Positions 24,618 through 32,000 of a stretch of DNA of 32,000 bases are shown one piece after another; the first letter of the stretch is position 1; each line of letters opens with the position of its first letter. Source of the stretch: Sporohalobacter salinus (GTDB lineage Bacteria; Bacillota; Halanaerobiia; Halobacteroidales; Acetohalobiaceae); assembly GCF_016908635.1 (NCBI RefSeq), contig NZ_JAFBEG010000002.1, forward strand, positions 83,725-115,724, written 5' to 3'. The notes under the pieces were generated by a model that did no database searches, was not told where the DNA came from, and saw only the letters and a program-made list of their open reading frames with translations. Made by a program: the position numbers and the translations under genes.

Positions 24618-25355
24618 ATGTTAATGTTAGAAGTAAACGAATTATATAAGGCTTATGATGAAGTGGAGATTCTTAAGGGAGTTAATTTTAGTATTGAACA
24701 AGGGGAAACAGTTATTATTATGGGACCTAGTGGTTGTGGTAAATCGACTACTATTCGCTGTATAAATCGTTTGACAGAACCAGACAGCGGTCAAATAATT
24801 TATAAGGGTTGTGATGTATTACAGTTAAGCAAATCCGAGCTTTTAGAAGTAAGGCAAGATATTGGTTTTGTTTTTCAAAATTTTCATTTGATAGATCGAT
24901 TAACAGTCTTTGATAATATCATGTTAGGTTTGTTCAAACAACAAGGACTATCGTTAGCTGAAAAAAAAGAGTTTGTTAGAGAGAGTCTAAAGCAAGTTCA
25001 ACTTAGTGAATTTAGTAATAGATATCCGCAAGATTTAAGTGGAGGTCAAAAGCAACGGGTAGCAATGGCTAGAGCTTTAGCTTTAAAGCCTGATTTGATG
25101 CTTTTAGATGAACCAACTGCTTCTTTAGATCCAATTTTAGTTAGAGAAGTTTTAGAGGTGTTGGAATCAATAACTACTAATCAGAATAGAACATTATTGA
25201 TTGTAACGCATGAAATAGATTTTGCTTATCGAGTAGCTGATAGAATTCTTTTGATGGATAATGGAAAGATAGTAGAAGAAGGGGCTCCAAAGAAGATTTT
25301 TGAGAATCCAAATTCAAAACTAGGTAAGAAATATAATAATTTGTTTAGAAGGTAA
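24618..25355 (+). CDS. ABC transporter ATP-binding protein (type-I-importer clade, GlnQ/ArtP/MetN/PhnC-like)
   Basis: 245 aa. All motifs are present: Walker A GPSGCGKST, Q-loop FQNFHL, signature LSGGQKQRV, Walker B LMLLDEPTASLD and H-switch VTHEIDFA. STTIRCINRLTEPDSGQI and the FENPNS ending are typical of polar-amino-acid-type NBDs. Confidence 0.9.
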   Translation: MLMLEVNELYKAYDEVEILKGVNFSIEQGETVIIMGPSGCGKSTTIRCINRLTEPDSGQIIYKGCDVLQLSKSELLEVRQDIGFVFQNFHLIDRLTVFDNIMLGLFKQQGLSLAEKKEFVRESLKQVQLSEFSNRYPQDLSGGQKQRVAMARALALKPDLMLLDEPTASLDPILVREVLEVLESITTNQNRTLLIVTHEIDFAYRVADRILLMDNGKIVEEGAPKKIFENPNSKLGKKYNNLFRR

Positions 25356-25433
25356 TAAATTTTATAGAAAAAGTTGAAGGATATAGACAGTTTTTTATGG
25401 AAATAGTTAAAAGTCGGGAGGAAGGAGGTAATT

Positions 25434-26276
25434 ATGCGCACAGGTTCTGAGCAGCAGACAATTCAACAAGAATTTACTTATACAGGAATTGGTTTGCATA
25501 CAGGAAGTCAGGAAATAAATATGACTTGTAAGCCTTTAGCTGTTAATAGTGGTATTAGACTTAAAAGAGTTGATCTTCAATCTGAGCCGGAGATAGAAGC
25601 TACAGTCGATAATATAGTATCTACTAAACGGTCTACTTCTCTAGGAACTGAAGAGTGGCAGATAAGTACTGTTGAACACTTATTGGCTGCCTTAAATGTA
25701 TTAGGAATTGATAATCTTTTAATTGAACTTGATGCTGGTGAAGTGCCGGTAACTGATGGTAGCTCTAAGGTTTTTACAGAACTATTACAGAACGCCGGTA
25801 TAAAAAAGCAGAATGAAAAACGTGAAATTTATACTATTGAAGAAGCAGTTTGGGTTAGAGAAGAAGATACCTATTTAGTAGTTTTGCCTTATCCAGAGTT
25901 TAAGATTACTTATACTTTTGTTTCTAATCATCCGGCAGTAGGGAATCAATTTGGAGAGTTTACTATAGATAAGGATACTTTTGTTCATAAGATAGCTCCT
26001 AGTCGGACCTTTGGTTTTGCTAGTGAACTAGAAGCTTTGCAAAAGGAGGGGTTAGCTTTAGGAGGAAGTTTAGAGAATGCAGTTTTAATTGGGGAAAATG
26101 AAATTATTAATAATTTAAGGTTTAAGGATGAGATAGTGCGACATAAGATTTTAGATATAATTGGTGATATGGCTTTAATTAAGCCTTTTAAAGGACATAT
26201 TGTTGCGGTTCGTTCTGGACATGCTTTAAATAGAAAATTAGCTAGAAAAATTAAGCGGCAGGTGATGCCTTATTAA
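25434..26276 (+). CDS. lpxC: UDP-3-O-acyl-N-acetylglucosamine deacetylase
   Basis: 280 aa with GGAAGGAGG SD. LpxC motifs are present: GIGLHTGSQ, TVEHLLAALNVLGIDNLLIEL, FGFASELEAL, RHKILDIIGDMAL and SGHALN. Confidence 0.93.
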   Translation: MRTGSEQQTIQQEFTYTGIGLHTGSQEINMTCKPLAVNSGIRLKRVDLQSEPEIEATVDNIVSTKRSTSLGTEEWQISTVEHLLAALNVLGIDNLLIELDAGEVPVTDGSSKVFTELLQNAGIKKQNEKREIYTIEEAVWVREEDTYLVVLPYPEFKITYTFVSNHPAVGNQFGEFTIDKDTFVHKIAPSRTFGFASELEALQKEGLALGGSLENAVLIGENEIINNLRFKDEIVRHKILDIIGDMALIKPFKGHIVAVRSGHALNRKLARKIKRQVMPY

Positions 26277-26300
26277 AAGTATATAGAAGGAGGATTAGGA

Positions 26301-26732
26301 ATGTTAGATATAAATGAGATTAAGGATATTTTACCACATCGTTATCCTTTTTTATTAATCGATAGGATTTTAGAATTTGAAGAAAAGGAAAGAGTTGTAG
26401 GTTTGAAGAATGTAACAGTCAACGAAGAGTTTTTCAATGGTCATTATCCTGGCCATCCAGTGATGCCTGGAGTATTAATTGTTGAGTCTATGGCTCAAGT
26501 AGGTGGTTTTGTTATGATGGATAGTAGTGACGAGGATAGGGAACAGCTTTCCTATTTTGCAGGGATTGACAAGGCTAGATTTAGAAAACCGGTTGTACCT
26601 GGTGACCAATTGAAGATTGAAGCTGAAGTTTTAAAATTAAGGGGAAGAATTGGGAAAATATCAGCTACAGCATCAGTCGATGGAGATGTTGCAGCTGAAG
26701 CTGAACTAATGTTTGCTATGCAAGATAAGTAA
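26301..26732 (+). CDS. fabZ: 3-hydroxyacyl-ACP dehydratase
   Basis: 143 aa. FabZ motifs are present: [40 protein letters not shown] and [17 protein letters not shown]. Confidence 0.95.
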   Translation: MLDINEIKDILPHRYPFLLIDRILEFEEKERVVGLKNVTVNEEFFNGHYPGHPVMPGVLIVESMAQVGGFVMMDSSDEDREQLSYFAGIDKARFRKPVVPGDQLKIEAEVLKLRGRIGKISATASVDGDVAAEAELMFAMQDK

Positions 26733-26781
26733 TGAAAGTTATTTTTATTAGTGAGGAGTAATGATGGGAGGATAATAAATA

Positions 26782-27594
26782 ATGAAAGAAGTTAATAAGC
26801 AAAGCAATGTTCTTCACATATCTGAGGTGCATGAAACAGCAATTGTTAAATCGGGAGCTAAGATAGGGAAAGATGTAGAAATTGGTCCTTACAGTATCAT
26901 TGGAGAGAATGTTAAGATTGGTGAAGGTACAAAAATAGGTTCTCATGTAGTGATAGATGGCTGGACTGAGATTGGAAAGAATAATGAAATCTTTACCGGG
27001 GCTTCTATTGGGATGGAACCGCAGGATTTAAAATTTGATGGGGAAAAAAGTTTTTTAGCAATTGGAGACAATAATACAATTCGTGAGTATGCAACTATTC
27101 ATCGAGGAACTGAAGAAGGCGGGCTCGAAACAAAGATTGGTAATAATAACTTGATTATGGCCTACTGTCATGTGGCTCATGATTGTAAATTAGGTAATAA
27201 TATAAGGATGGCTAATGCCACTAATTTAGCTGGTCATGTGATAGTTGAAGATTCAGCAGTGATTTCAGGTTTAGTAGGTGTTCACCAATTTGTTAGAATT
27301 GGTAGAATGGCAATGGTAGGAGCTAATTCTAAAGTAGTTAAAGATATTCCGCCTTATATTTTAGTTGATGGTCATCCGGCGGCTGTTAGTGGAATAAATG
27401 TAGTTGGGTTAAGAAGAAATGGTGTCGAGCCGGAGTTGAGGAAAGAAATCAAACAAGCATATAAATATCTATATCGGTCAAGTCTAAACATTTCACAGGC
27501 AGTTGAGAAGATGGATCAAGAATTAGATAGCAGTCCTGAAATTGAGCATTTCTTACGATTCTTGCGTAATGCCCAGCGTGGAATTTGCAGATAG
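26782..27594 (+). CDS. lpxA: Acyl-ACP--UDP-N-acetylglucosamine O-acyltransferase
   Basis: 270 aa with GGGAGG SD. It has hexapeptide repeats (VHETAIVKSGAKIGKDVEIGPYSIIGENVKIG, AYCHVAHDCKLGNN) and the LpxA C-terminal helical domain (GLRRNG...IKQAYKYLYRS). Confidence 0.93.
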   Translation: MKEVNKQSNVLHISEVHETAIVKSGAKIGKDVEIGPYSIIGENVKIGEGTKIGSHVVIDGWTEIGKNNEIFTGASIGMEPQDLKFDGEKSFLAIGDNNTIREYATIHRGTEEGGLETKIGNNNLIMAYCHVAHDCKLGNNIRMANATNLAGHVIVEDSAVISGLVGVHQFVRIGRMAMVGANSKVVKDIPPYILVDGHPAAVSGINVVGLRRNGVEPELRKEIKQAYKYLYRSSLNISQAVEKMDQELDSSPEIEHFLRFLRNAQRGICR

Positions 27595-27613
27595 ATTTTT
27601 TAGGAGGATAAGA

Positions 27614-28414
27614 ATGAATAAAGTAGGACTGATTGCCGGTAACGGGAGATTACCGCTTTATTTTGCTCAGGCGGCTAAGGATAGAAATGACGAAGTAGTG
27701 GCTATTAGTGTGACTGAGCAGGCTTTGGTTAATGAGTTAGATTCAATTGTAGATGAAAGTTATGAAATAAGTGTTGGAAAGTTGGATAAATTAATAAATA
27801 AACTGCAAGCGGCAGAAGTTGAAGAAGTGGTAATGGTAGGTAAAGTAAATAAAGATTTAATGTTTACTTTGGAATTTGATGAAAGAATGACTAAATTATT
27901 AATGAATTTGGATGAAAAAAATGATGATACCATTCTGTTGGCTTTAGTTGAGGAATTAGAAAAAGCTGGAATAGAGGTTAAAAAACAGACAACTTATTTA
28001 GAAGATTTACTGTCGCAGTCTGGAACTTTGACTGAAAGTGAGCCGTCTGCAGATATAATTAGTGATATGGAGTTTGGATTTAAGATGGCTAAAGGAATTG
28101 GCGGTCTGGATATTGGTCAGACAGTTGTAGTTAAGGATAGGGCTGTAATAGCAGTAGAAGCTATTGAGGGAACTGATCAAGCTATTTTACGTAGTGGTCA
28201 ATTAGCTGATGGAGTAGTAGCAGCTAAAGTTAGCAAACCAGAGCAGGACTTTAGGTTTGATATTCCTACTGTTGGGAAAAATACAATTAAGAACTTAATT
28301 GAGGTTGGAGCTTCAGGACTTGTGATTGAAGCTAAAAAGACTTTTATTTTAGATCGTAAGGAAGTATGTCAGTTAGCAGATAGAGCAGGAATTCCGATTG
28401 TAGCAATGAGGTGA
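27614..28414 (+). CDS. lpxI: UDP-2,3-diacylglucosamine pyrophosphatase LpxI (DUF1009)
   Basis: The ORF track opens at 27542 inside lpxA. However, TAGGAGGA (27601-27608) precedes an in-frame ATG at 27614, giving MNKVGLIAGNGRLPLYFA. LpxI motifs are present: LDIGQTVVVKDRAVIAVEAIEGTDQAILR and KPEQDFRFDIPTVG. It lies between lpxA and lpxB. Confidence 0.85.
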   Translation: MNKVGLIAGNGRLPLYFAQAAKDRNDEVVAISVTEQALVNELDSIVDESYEISVGKLDKLINKLQAAEVEEVVMVGKVNKDLMFTLEFDERMTKLLMNLDEKNDDTILLALVEELEKAGIEVKKQTTYLEDLLSQSGTLTESEPSADIISDMEFGFKMAKGIGGLDIGQTVVVKDRAVIAVEAIEGTDQAILRSGQLADGVVAAKVSKPEQDFRFDIPTVGKNTIKNLIEVGASGLVIEAKKTFILDRKEVCQLADRAGIPIVAMR

Positions 28415-28418
28415 AAAG

Positions 28419-29567
28419 ATGGCAACGGTGTTAGTAGTAGCTGGAGAAGCTTCTGGAGATCTACATGCTGCTCATGTGATTAAAGAGATGAAGAAATTAC
28501 ATTCTGAATTAAATTTTATTGGTCTTGGTGGGGATAAGATGGCTGAGGCCGGGGTTGATATTATCTTTGATCCTACAGAGTTAAGTACTATTGGCTTTGT
28601 AGAGGCGTTAAAACATTTAAGATTGATGTATAAAGTACTGAATCAATTAGAAGAAGTAATTAAAGAATATAAGCCGGATGTAGCTTTGTTAGTTGATTAT
28701 TCTGGTTTTAATTTAAAAGTAGCTAAATTAACTAATAAATATGAAGTTCCTACAGTAAATTATTTTGCTCCTTCAGCCTGGGTTTGGGGTAAGTGGCGGG
28801 CAAAAAAGATGGCTCGTCGTCAGGCTAAGATTGCTTCAGTCTTTCCTATGGAAGCGGAAGTTTATCGTGAAGCTGGAGCAGAAGTTAATTTTGTTGGCCA
28901 TCCTTTATTGGATATAGTTGAGCCTGAATTAACTTCAGAGGAGTTAGCCTGTAGGTTGAATATAAATTCTGATTCGGAAGTAATTGGGATTTTACCTGGT
29001 AGTAGAAAACAGGAAATTGAGAAATTGTTGCCGTCTATGTTAGAAGCGGCTGAAATAATAGCAGCTAAGCGAAAGAAAGTAGAATTTGTTTTGCCGGTAG
29101 CTGAAACAGTCTCTCAACAATTAGTTGAAAGGATAATTAATAATTATCAAGTGGAGATTAAATTAATTTCTGGTTATTCTTATGCTGTTATGGAATTAGC
29201 TCGGCTTCTACTGGTAACTTCTGGAACTGCTACTTTAGAAGCAGCCTGTCTAAATACACCTATGGTTATCACTTATCGAACTTCTCTACTTACCTGGTGG
29301 CTAGGAAAATTATTAGTTAAGATTCCCTATGTTGGATTACCAAATATTATTATGGATAGAGAAGTAGTGCCAGAGCAGCTTCAAGAAGATGTTAGCGGAG
29401 ATAAGATTGCTAAATCTAGTTTAGAGATATTGAATTCAGATAATTATTATCAACAGATTAAGCAAGATTTGTCTCAGGTAGTGACTAAGTTAGGGAATGA
29501 AGGAGCAACTCAGCGGGTAGCTCAGATGGTATTAAAAACTGGAGGAGTGACTATAGATTGGAATTAG
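28419..29567 (+). CDS. lpxB: Lipid-A-disaccharide synthase
   Basis: 382 aa. LpxB motifs are present: VVAGEASGDLHAA, DYSGFNLKVAK, LPGSRKQEIEKLLP and TSGTATLEAACLNTPMVITYR. Confidence 0.92.
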   Translation: MATVLVVAGEASGDLHAAHVIKEMKKLHSELNFIGLGGDKMAEAGVDIIFDPTELSTIGFVEALKHLRLMYKVLNQLEEVIKEYKPDVALLVDYSGFNLKVAKLTNKYEVPTVNYFAPSAWVWGKWRAKKMARRQAKIASVFPMEAEVYREAGAEVNFVGHPLLDIVEPELTSEELACRLNINSDSEVIGILPGSRKQEIEKLLPSMLEAAEIIAAKRKKVEFVLPVAETVSQQLVERIINNYQVEIKLISGYSYAVMELARLLLVTSGTATLEAACLNTPMVITYRTSLLTWWLGKLLVKIPYVGLPNIIMDREVVPEQLQEDVSGDKIAKSSLEILNSDNYYQQIKQDLSQVVTKLGNEGATQRVAQMVLKTGGVTIDWN

Positions 29568-31294
29568 TTAAACGAATATTGACTTATGTTAAACCTTATC
29601 GGAAACGATTAGTAGCAGCAGTTGCATCAATGATTCTCCATTCCCTGTTAACAATCCTCTTTATTAAAGGTTTCCAAGATTTAATTGATACTATGATCAA
29701 CAATATTTCTAATAGCGGCGAAGGATTTATTAAGTTAAGCTGGGTAGCAGCAGGGATTGTTGTTGTTTATTTCTTTAAGGGAGTTGCTTATTATGGACAG
29801 AAATATTTGACTTCTTATGTAGCCCAGCGGGCAATTATGGATATTAGAAATGATCTTTACCGTCATTTACAGGATCTTTCTTTGAGTTTCTATGATGAGA
29901 TGAAGACAGGACAGATTATGTCGAGAGTAACAAATGATGTAGGTAAATTACAGAGTGCTATTGTTTCGGGAGCAATTAGCATTTTTTATAAAGCCTTTAC
30001 TTTAATTGCCGGGCTTGGTTATTTATTTTATTTAAGTTGGCAGCTTTCACTTGCGGTATTGTTTATCTTTCCACCGGTAACCTATGTATTCATTAAGTAT
30101 AATCGCCGAATAAGAAAAGTAAGCCGCAGGGTGCAAGCCAGAATAGCAGATGTTACTGATATTTTGCAGGAAACGATTACCGGTGTTAGAATAGTTAAGT
30201 CCTTTACTCAGGAAGATTATGAGTATGATAAATTTAGTCAAGAAAATCATGCTAACTTTCGGGCTAATATGAAAAATACACAGTTAAGTGCTAGCTTAAC
30301 ACCAATTGTAGAGATTTTAGCTTCTTTTGTTTTTACTTTTGTTTTATGGTATGGAGGCTACCAGGTGATGAAGGGACAAATGACACCTGGAGAATTACTT
30401 GCTTTCTTTACATTGTTGATTACTATTTCTGGTCCAATTAAATCCCTTAGTAAGTTATCAAGTACTATTCAGAAAGCTTTAGCAGCAGCAGATAGAATCT
30501 TTGAGATTATAGATTTAGAGGTTGAGATTAAGGAGAAGGAAGATGCTATTAAGCTTGAAAAAACTGAGGGTAAAGTGGAGTTTAAGGATGTTTGGTTTAG
30601 TTATAATGAAGAAGAGATGGTCTTAAAAGATATTAATTTAACAGCAAATCCAGGTGAAGTGGTAGCTTTAGTTGGCCCTAGTGGAGCTGGGAAGTCGACT
30701 TTAGTCGATTTAATTCCGAGATTTTATGAGCCCCAGAGCGGAGAGGTATTATTAGATGGATATAATATTGAAGATTTGACTATTAAATCACTACGTAGCA
30801 AGATAGGGATTGTTCCCCAAGATAATATTCTCTTTGGCGGAACTATCGGGGATAATATTGCTTACGGTGATTTAGATAAAGAACAAGAAGAGATTATTAC
30901 AGCAGCTAAAGCAGCTAATGCTCATGACTTTATTATGGAATTTCCTAATGGCTATGATACTAAAATTGGTGAGCGAGGAACCGGATTATCCGGTGGGCAG
31001 CGTCAACGAGTTTCTATTGCTCGAGCTATCTTGAATGATCCTAAGATATTGATTCTTGATGAGGCTACTTCTGATCTCGATACTGAATCAGAAGCCTTAG
31101 TTCAGGAAGCTTTAGATAGATTAATGGAGGAGAGAACGACTTTTGTTATTGCTCATAGGTTGTCCACTATTCTAAATGCTGACAAGATAGTAGTTTTAGA
31201 TGAAGGGGAGATTGTAGAGCAAGGCACACATGAAGAATTATTATCCCAACAAGGTTTATATAGCCATCTTTATGAAATGCAGTTTAATGATTAG
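29558..31294 (+). CDS. msbA: Lipid A/LPS-core flippase-type ABC exporter (MsbA-like)
   Basis: 578 aa. The TTG start overlaps the lpxB stop by 10 nt, with GGAGGAG upstream. It is a six-TM type IV exporter domain plus NBD (GPSGAGKST, LSGGQRQRVSIARA, ILILDEATSDLD). The MsbA assignment rests on its context next to the lpx genes. Confidence 0.8.
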   Translation: MELVKRILTYVKPYRKRLVAAVASMILHSLLTILFIKGFQDLIDTMINNISNSGEGFIKLSWVAAGIVVVYFFKGVAYYGQKYLTSYVAQRAIMDIRNDLYRHLQDLSLSFYDEMKTGQIMSRVTNDVGKLQSAIVSGAISIFYKAFTLIAGLGYLFYLSWQLSLAVLFIFPPVTYVFIKYNRRIRKVSRRVQARIADVTDILQETITGVRIVKSFTQEDYEYDKFSQENHANFRANMKNTQLSASLTPIVEILASFVFTFVLWYGGYQVMKGQMTPGELLAFFTLLITISGPIKSLSKLSSTIQKALAAADRIFEIIDLEVEIKEKEDAIKLEKTEGKVEFKDVWFSYNEEEMVLKDINLTANPGEVVALVGPSGAGKSTLVDLIPRFYEPQSGEVLLDGYNIEDLTIKSLRSKIGIVPQDNILFGGTIGDNIAYGDLDKEQEEIITAAKAANAHDFIMEFPNGYDTKIGERGTGLSGGQRQRVSIARAILNDPKILILDEATSDLDTESEALVQEALDRLMEERTTFVIAHRLSTILNADKIVVLDEGEIVEQGTHEELLSQQGLYSHLYEMQFND

Positions 31295-31312
31295 ATCACT
31301 GGAGGATTTGGA

Positions 31313-31960
31313 ATGAAGCGGATTAAGACCTATTTGATTTATCTAGTAGCTTTAATTTTAGTAACGGTGACTAATTTGACTTTGCGTCTACAGGTTACTG
31401 GTGAAAAAAAGGTTAAAAGATTAAAACAGCAAGGAAAGAATTTAATCTTTGCTTTCTGGCATGGTAAAATGCTAGTTCCTATTTATTATCTACGCCATCG
31501 TGGTTATTATGGTTTAGCTAGCCGTAGTAGAGATGGTGAGTATATCAGTAGAGTCTTAAAGAAGCTAGGTTGGAATGTAGTTCGCGGCTCTACTTCTCGT
31601 GGAAGTGTACGAGCATTGTTGAAGTTAATTAAGGTCTTAAAGCAGGGGGAAGATGTTGCTATTACACCTGATGGTCCGCGTGGTCCGCGGCATACCACTA
31701 AAGCTGGTGCTGTTTATTTAGCTAAAAAGAGCAGTGATAGTTTAATTATTCCAATAGGAGTAGCCTTTACTAACAAGAAGGTAATTAACAGCTGGGATCG
31801 ATTTAATCTTCCATATCCATTTACGAAAGGAAGCCTATTTTTTGGAGATCCAATTGAAGTAAGTAGTGATGCTGATGAAGACCAGATAGAAACTAAACGT
31901 AAGCAAGTAGATAATGCATTGAAGACTGCTTTTAAGAAGGCAGAACAATCATTAAATTAA
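31313..31960 (+). CDS. DUF374-domain protein (lysophospholipid-acyltransferase-like, commonly linked to waaA/kdtA)
   Basis: 215 aa with an N-terminal TM helix. Motifs FAFWHGKML, SRSRDGEYIS and ITPDGPRGPRH match my recollection of DUF374. Confidence 0.7.
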   Translation: MKRIKTYLIYLVALILVTVTNLTLRLQVTGEKKVKRLKQQGKNLIFAFWHGKMLVPIYYLRHRGYYGLASRSRDGEYISRVLKKLGWNVVRGSTSRGSVRALLKLIKVLKQGEDVAITPDGPRGPRHTTKAGAVYLAKKSSDSLIIPIGVAFTNKKVINSWDRFNLPYPFTKGSLFFGDPIEVSSDADEDQIETKRKQVDNALKTAFKKAEQSLN

Positions 31961-31977
31961 TAGGGTGGCTATTAATA

Positions 31978-32000
31978 TGAATCGAAGCCTAGAAGAATAT
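31978..32000 (+). CDS. 5' end of a further gene (partial; identity not determinable, plausibly a Kdo transferase or late lipid A gene by context)
   Basis: ATG at 31978 follows a weak SD (GGGTGG), and MNRSLEEY runs off the window edge. There is only positional support. Confidence 0.25.

Noticed and set aside
25226-25441. 71-aa antisense ORF over the ABC ATPase 3' end and the lpxC upstream region
   Set aside because: There is no SD. It overlaps the conserved C-terminus of the ATPase, and its F/K/I-rich composition reflects AT-rich antisense sequence.
26732-26761. 9-codon micro-ORF (MKVIFISEE) overlapping the fabZ stop (TAATG)
   Set aside because: It is very short, with no independent evidence. 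It most likely reflects chance sequence within the spacer carrying the lpxA SD.
26716-26946. 76-aa antisense ORF over the fabZ/lpxA junction
   Set aside because: It overlaps two strongly supported genes and has no motifs.
27542-27613. N-terminal 24-codon extension of the lpxI ORF overlapping lpxA
   Set aside because: The extension has no SD and overlaps the lpxA C-terminus. A strong SD precedes the internal ATG at 27614, which yields the conserved LpxI N-terminus.
30047-30250. 67-aa antisense ORF inside msbA
   Set aside because: It is the antisense of the transmembrane-domain coding region, with no support.
31507-31698. 63-aa antisense ORF inside the DUF374 gene
   Set aside because: It lies antisense to the conserved DUF374 motifs. 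Its relatively GC-rich reverse frame stays open by chance.
1-32000. Searched for mobile-element hallmarks, CRISPR repeats, tRNA/rRNA genes and long direct or inverted DNA repeats
   Set aside because: I recognised no transposase, integrase or recombinase-like ORFs. I saw no regularly spaced repeats and no tRNA-like or rRNA-like sequences. The repetitiveness in tamB and skp paralogue 2 is at the protein (coiled-coil and beta-repeat) level only.

Overview
AT-rich (roughly one-third G+C by eye) chromosomal segment with every supported gene on the + strand. Gene content points to a diderm (outer-membrane-bearing), endospore-forming Firmicute of the Halanaerobiales/Negativicutes type. Order from left to right: (i) the end of the atp operon (atpC), a DUF1694/YueI-like gene and murA. 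(ii) Sporulation genes spoIID, an M23 spoIIQ-like gene and spoIIID. (iii) Flagellar distal rod plus outer-membrane/periplasmic ring genes flgF-flgG-flgA-flgH-flgI and an flgJ-type rod-binding gene. (iv) A secreted S55 (SpoIVB-type) peptidase with an apparently permuted domain order. (v) An outer-membrane biogenesis locus: tamB-bamA, three tandem skp/ompH paralogues, lpxD, a small predicted beta-barrel OMP, an orphan two-gene ABC system, then lpxC-fabZ-lpxA-lpxI-lpxB-msbA, a DUF374 gene and the first codons of another gene. I found no rRNA, tRNA, CRISPR array, transposase or integrase. The best candidate for an undescribed system is the block at about 21.3-25.4 kb, which interrupts the otherwise conserved skp-lpxD-fabZ-lpxA-lpxB array. 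It holds an 823-aa membrane protein with a ~640-aa extracytoplasmic, coiled-coil-rich domain and a truncated type-I-permease-like core ending in an EAA-like coupling loop. It also holds an intact importer-class ABC ATPase and an adjacent uncharacterised small OMP. Secondary items: lipobox-bearing and coiled-coil-expanded Skp paralogues, a FlgH with no cysteine, the permuted S55 peptidase, a G8 tract inside tamB, and start-codon and SD-sequestering peculiarities at spoIID. All family assignments come from motif recognition by eye, since no searches could be run.
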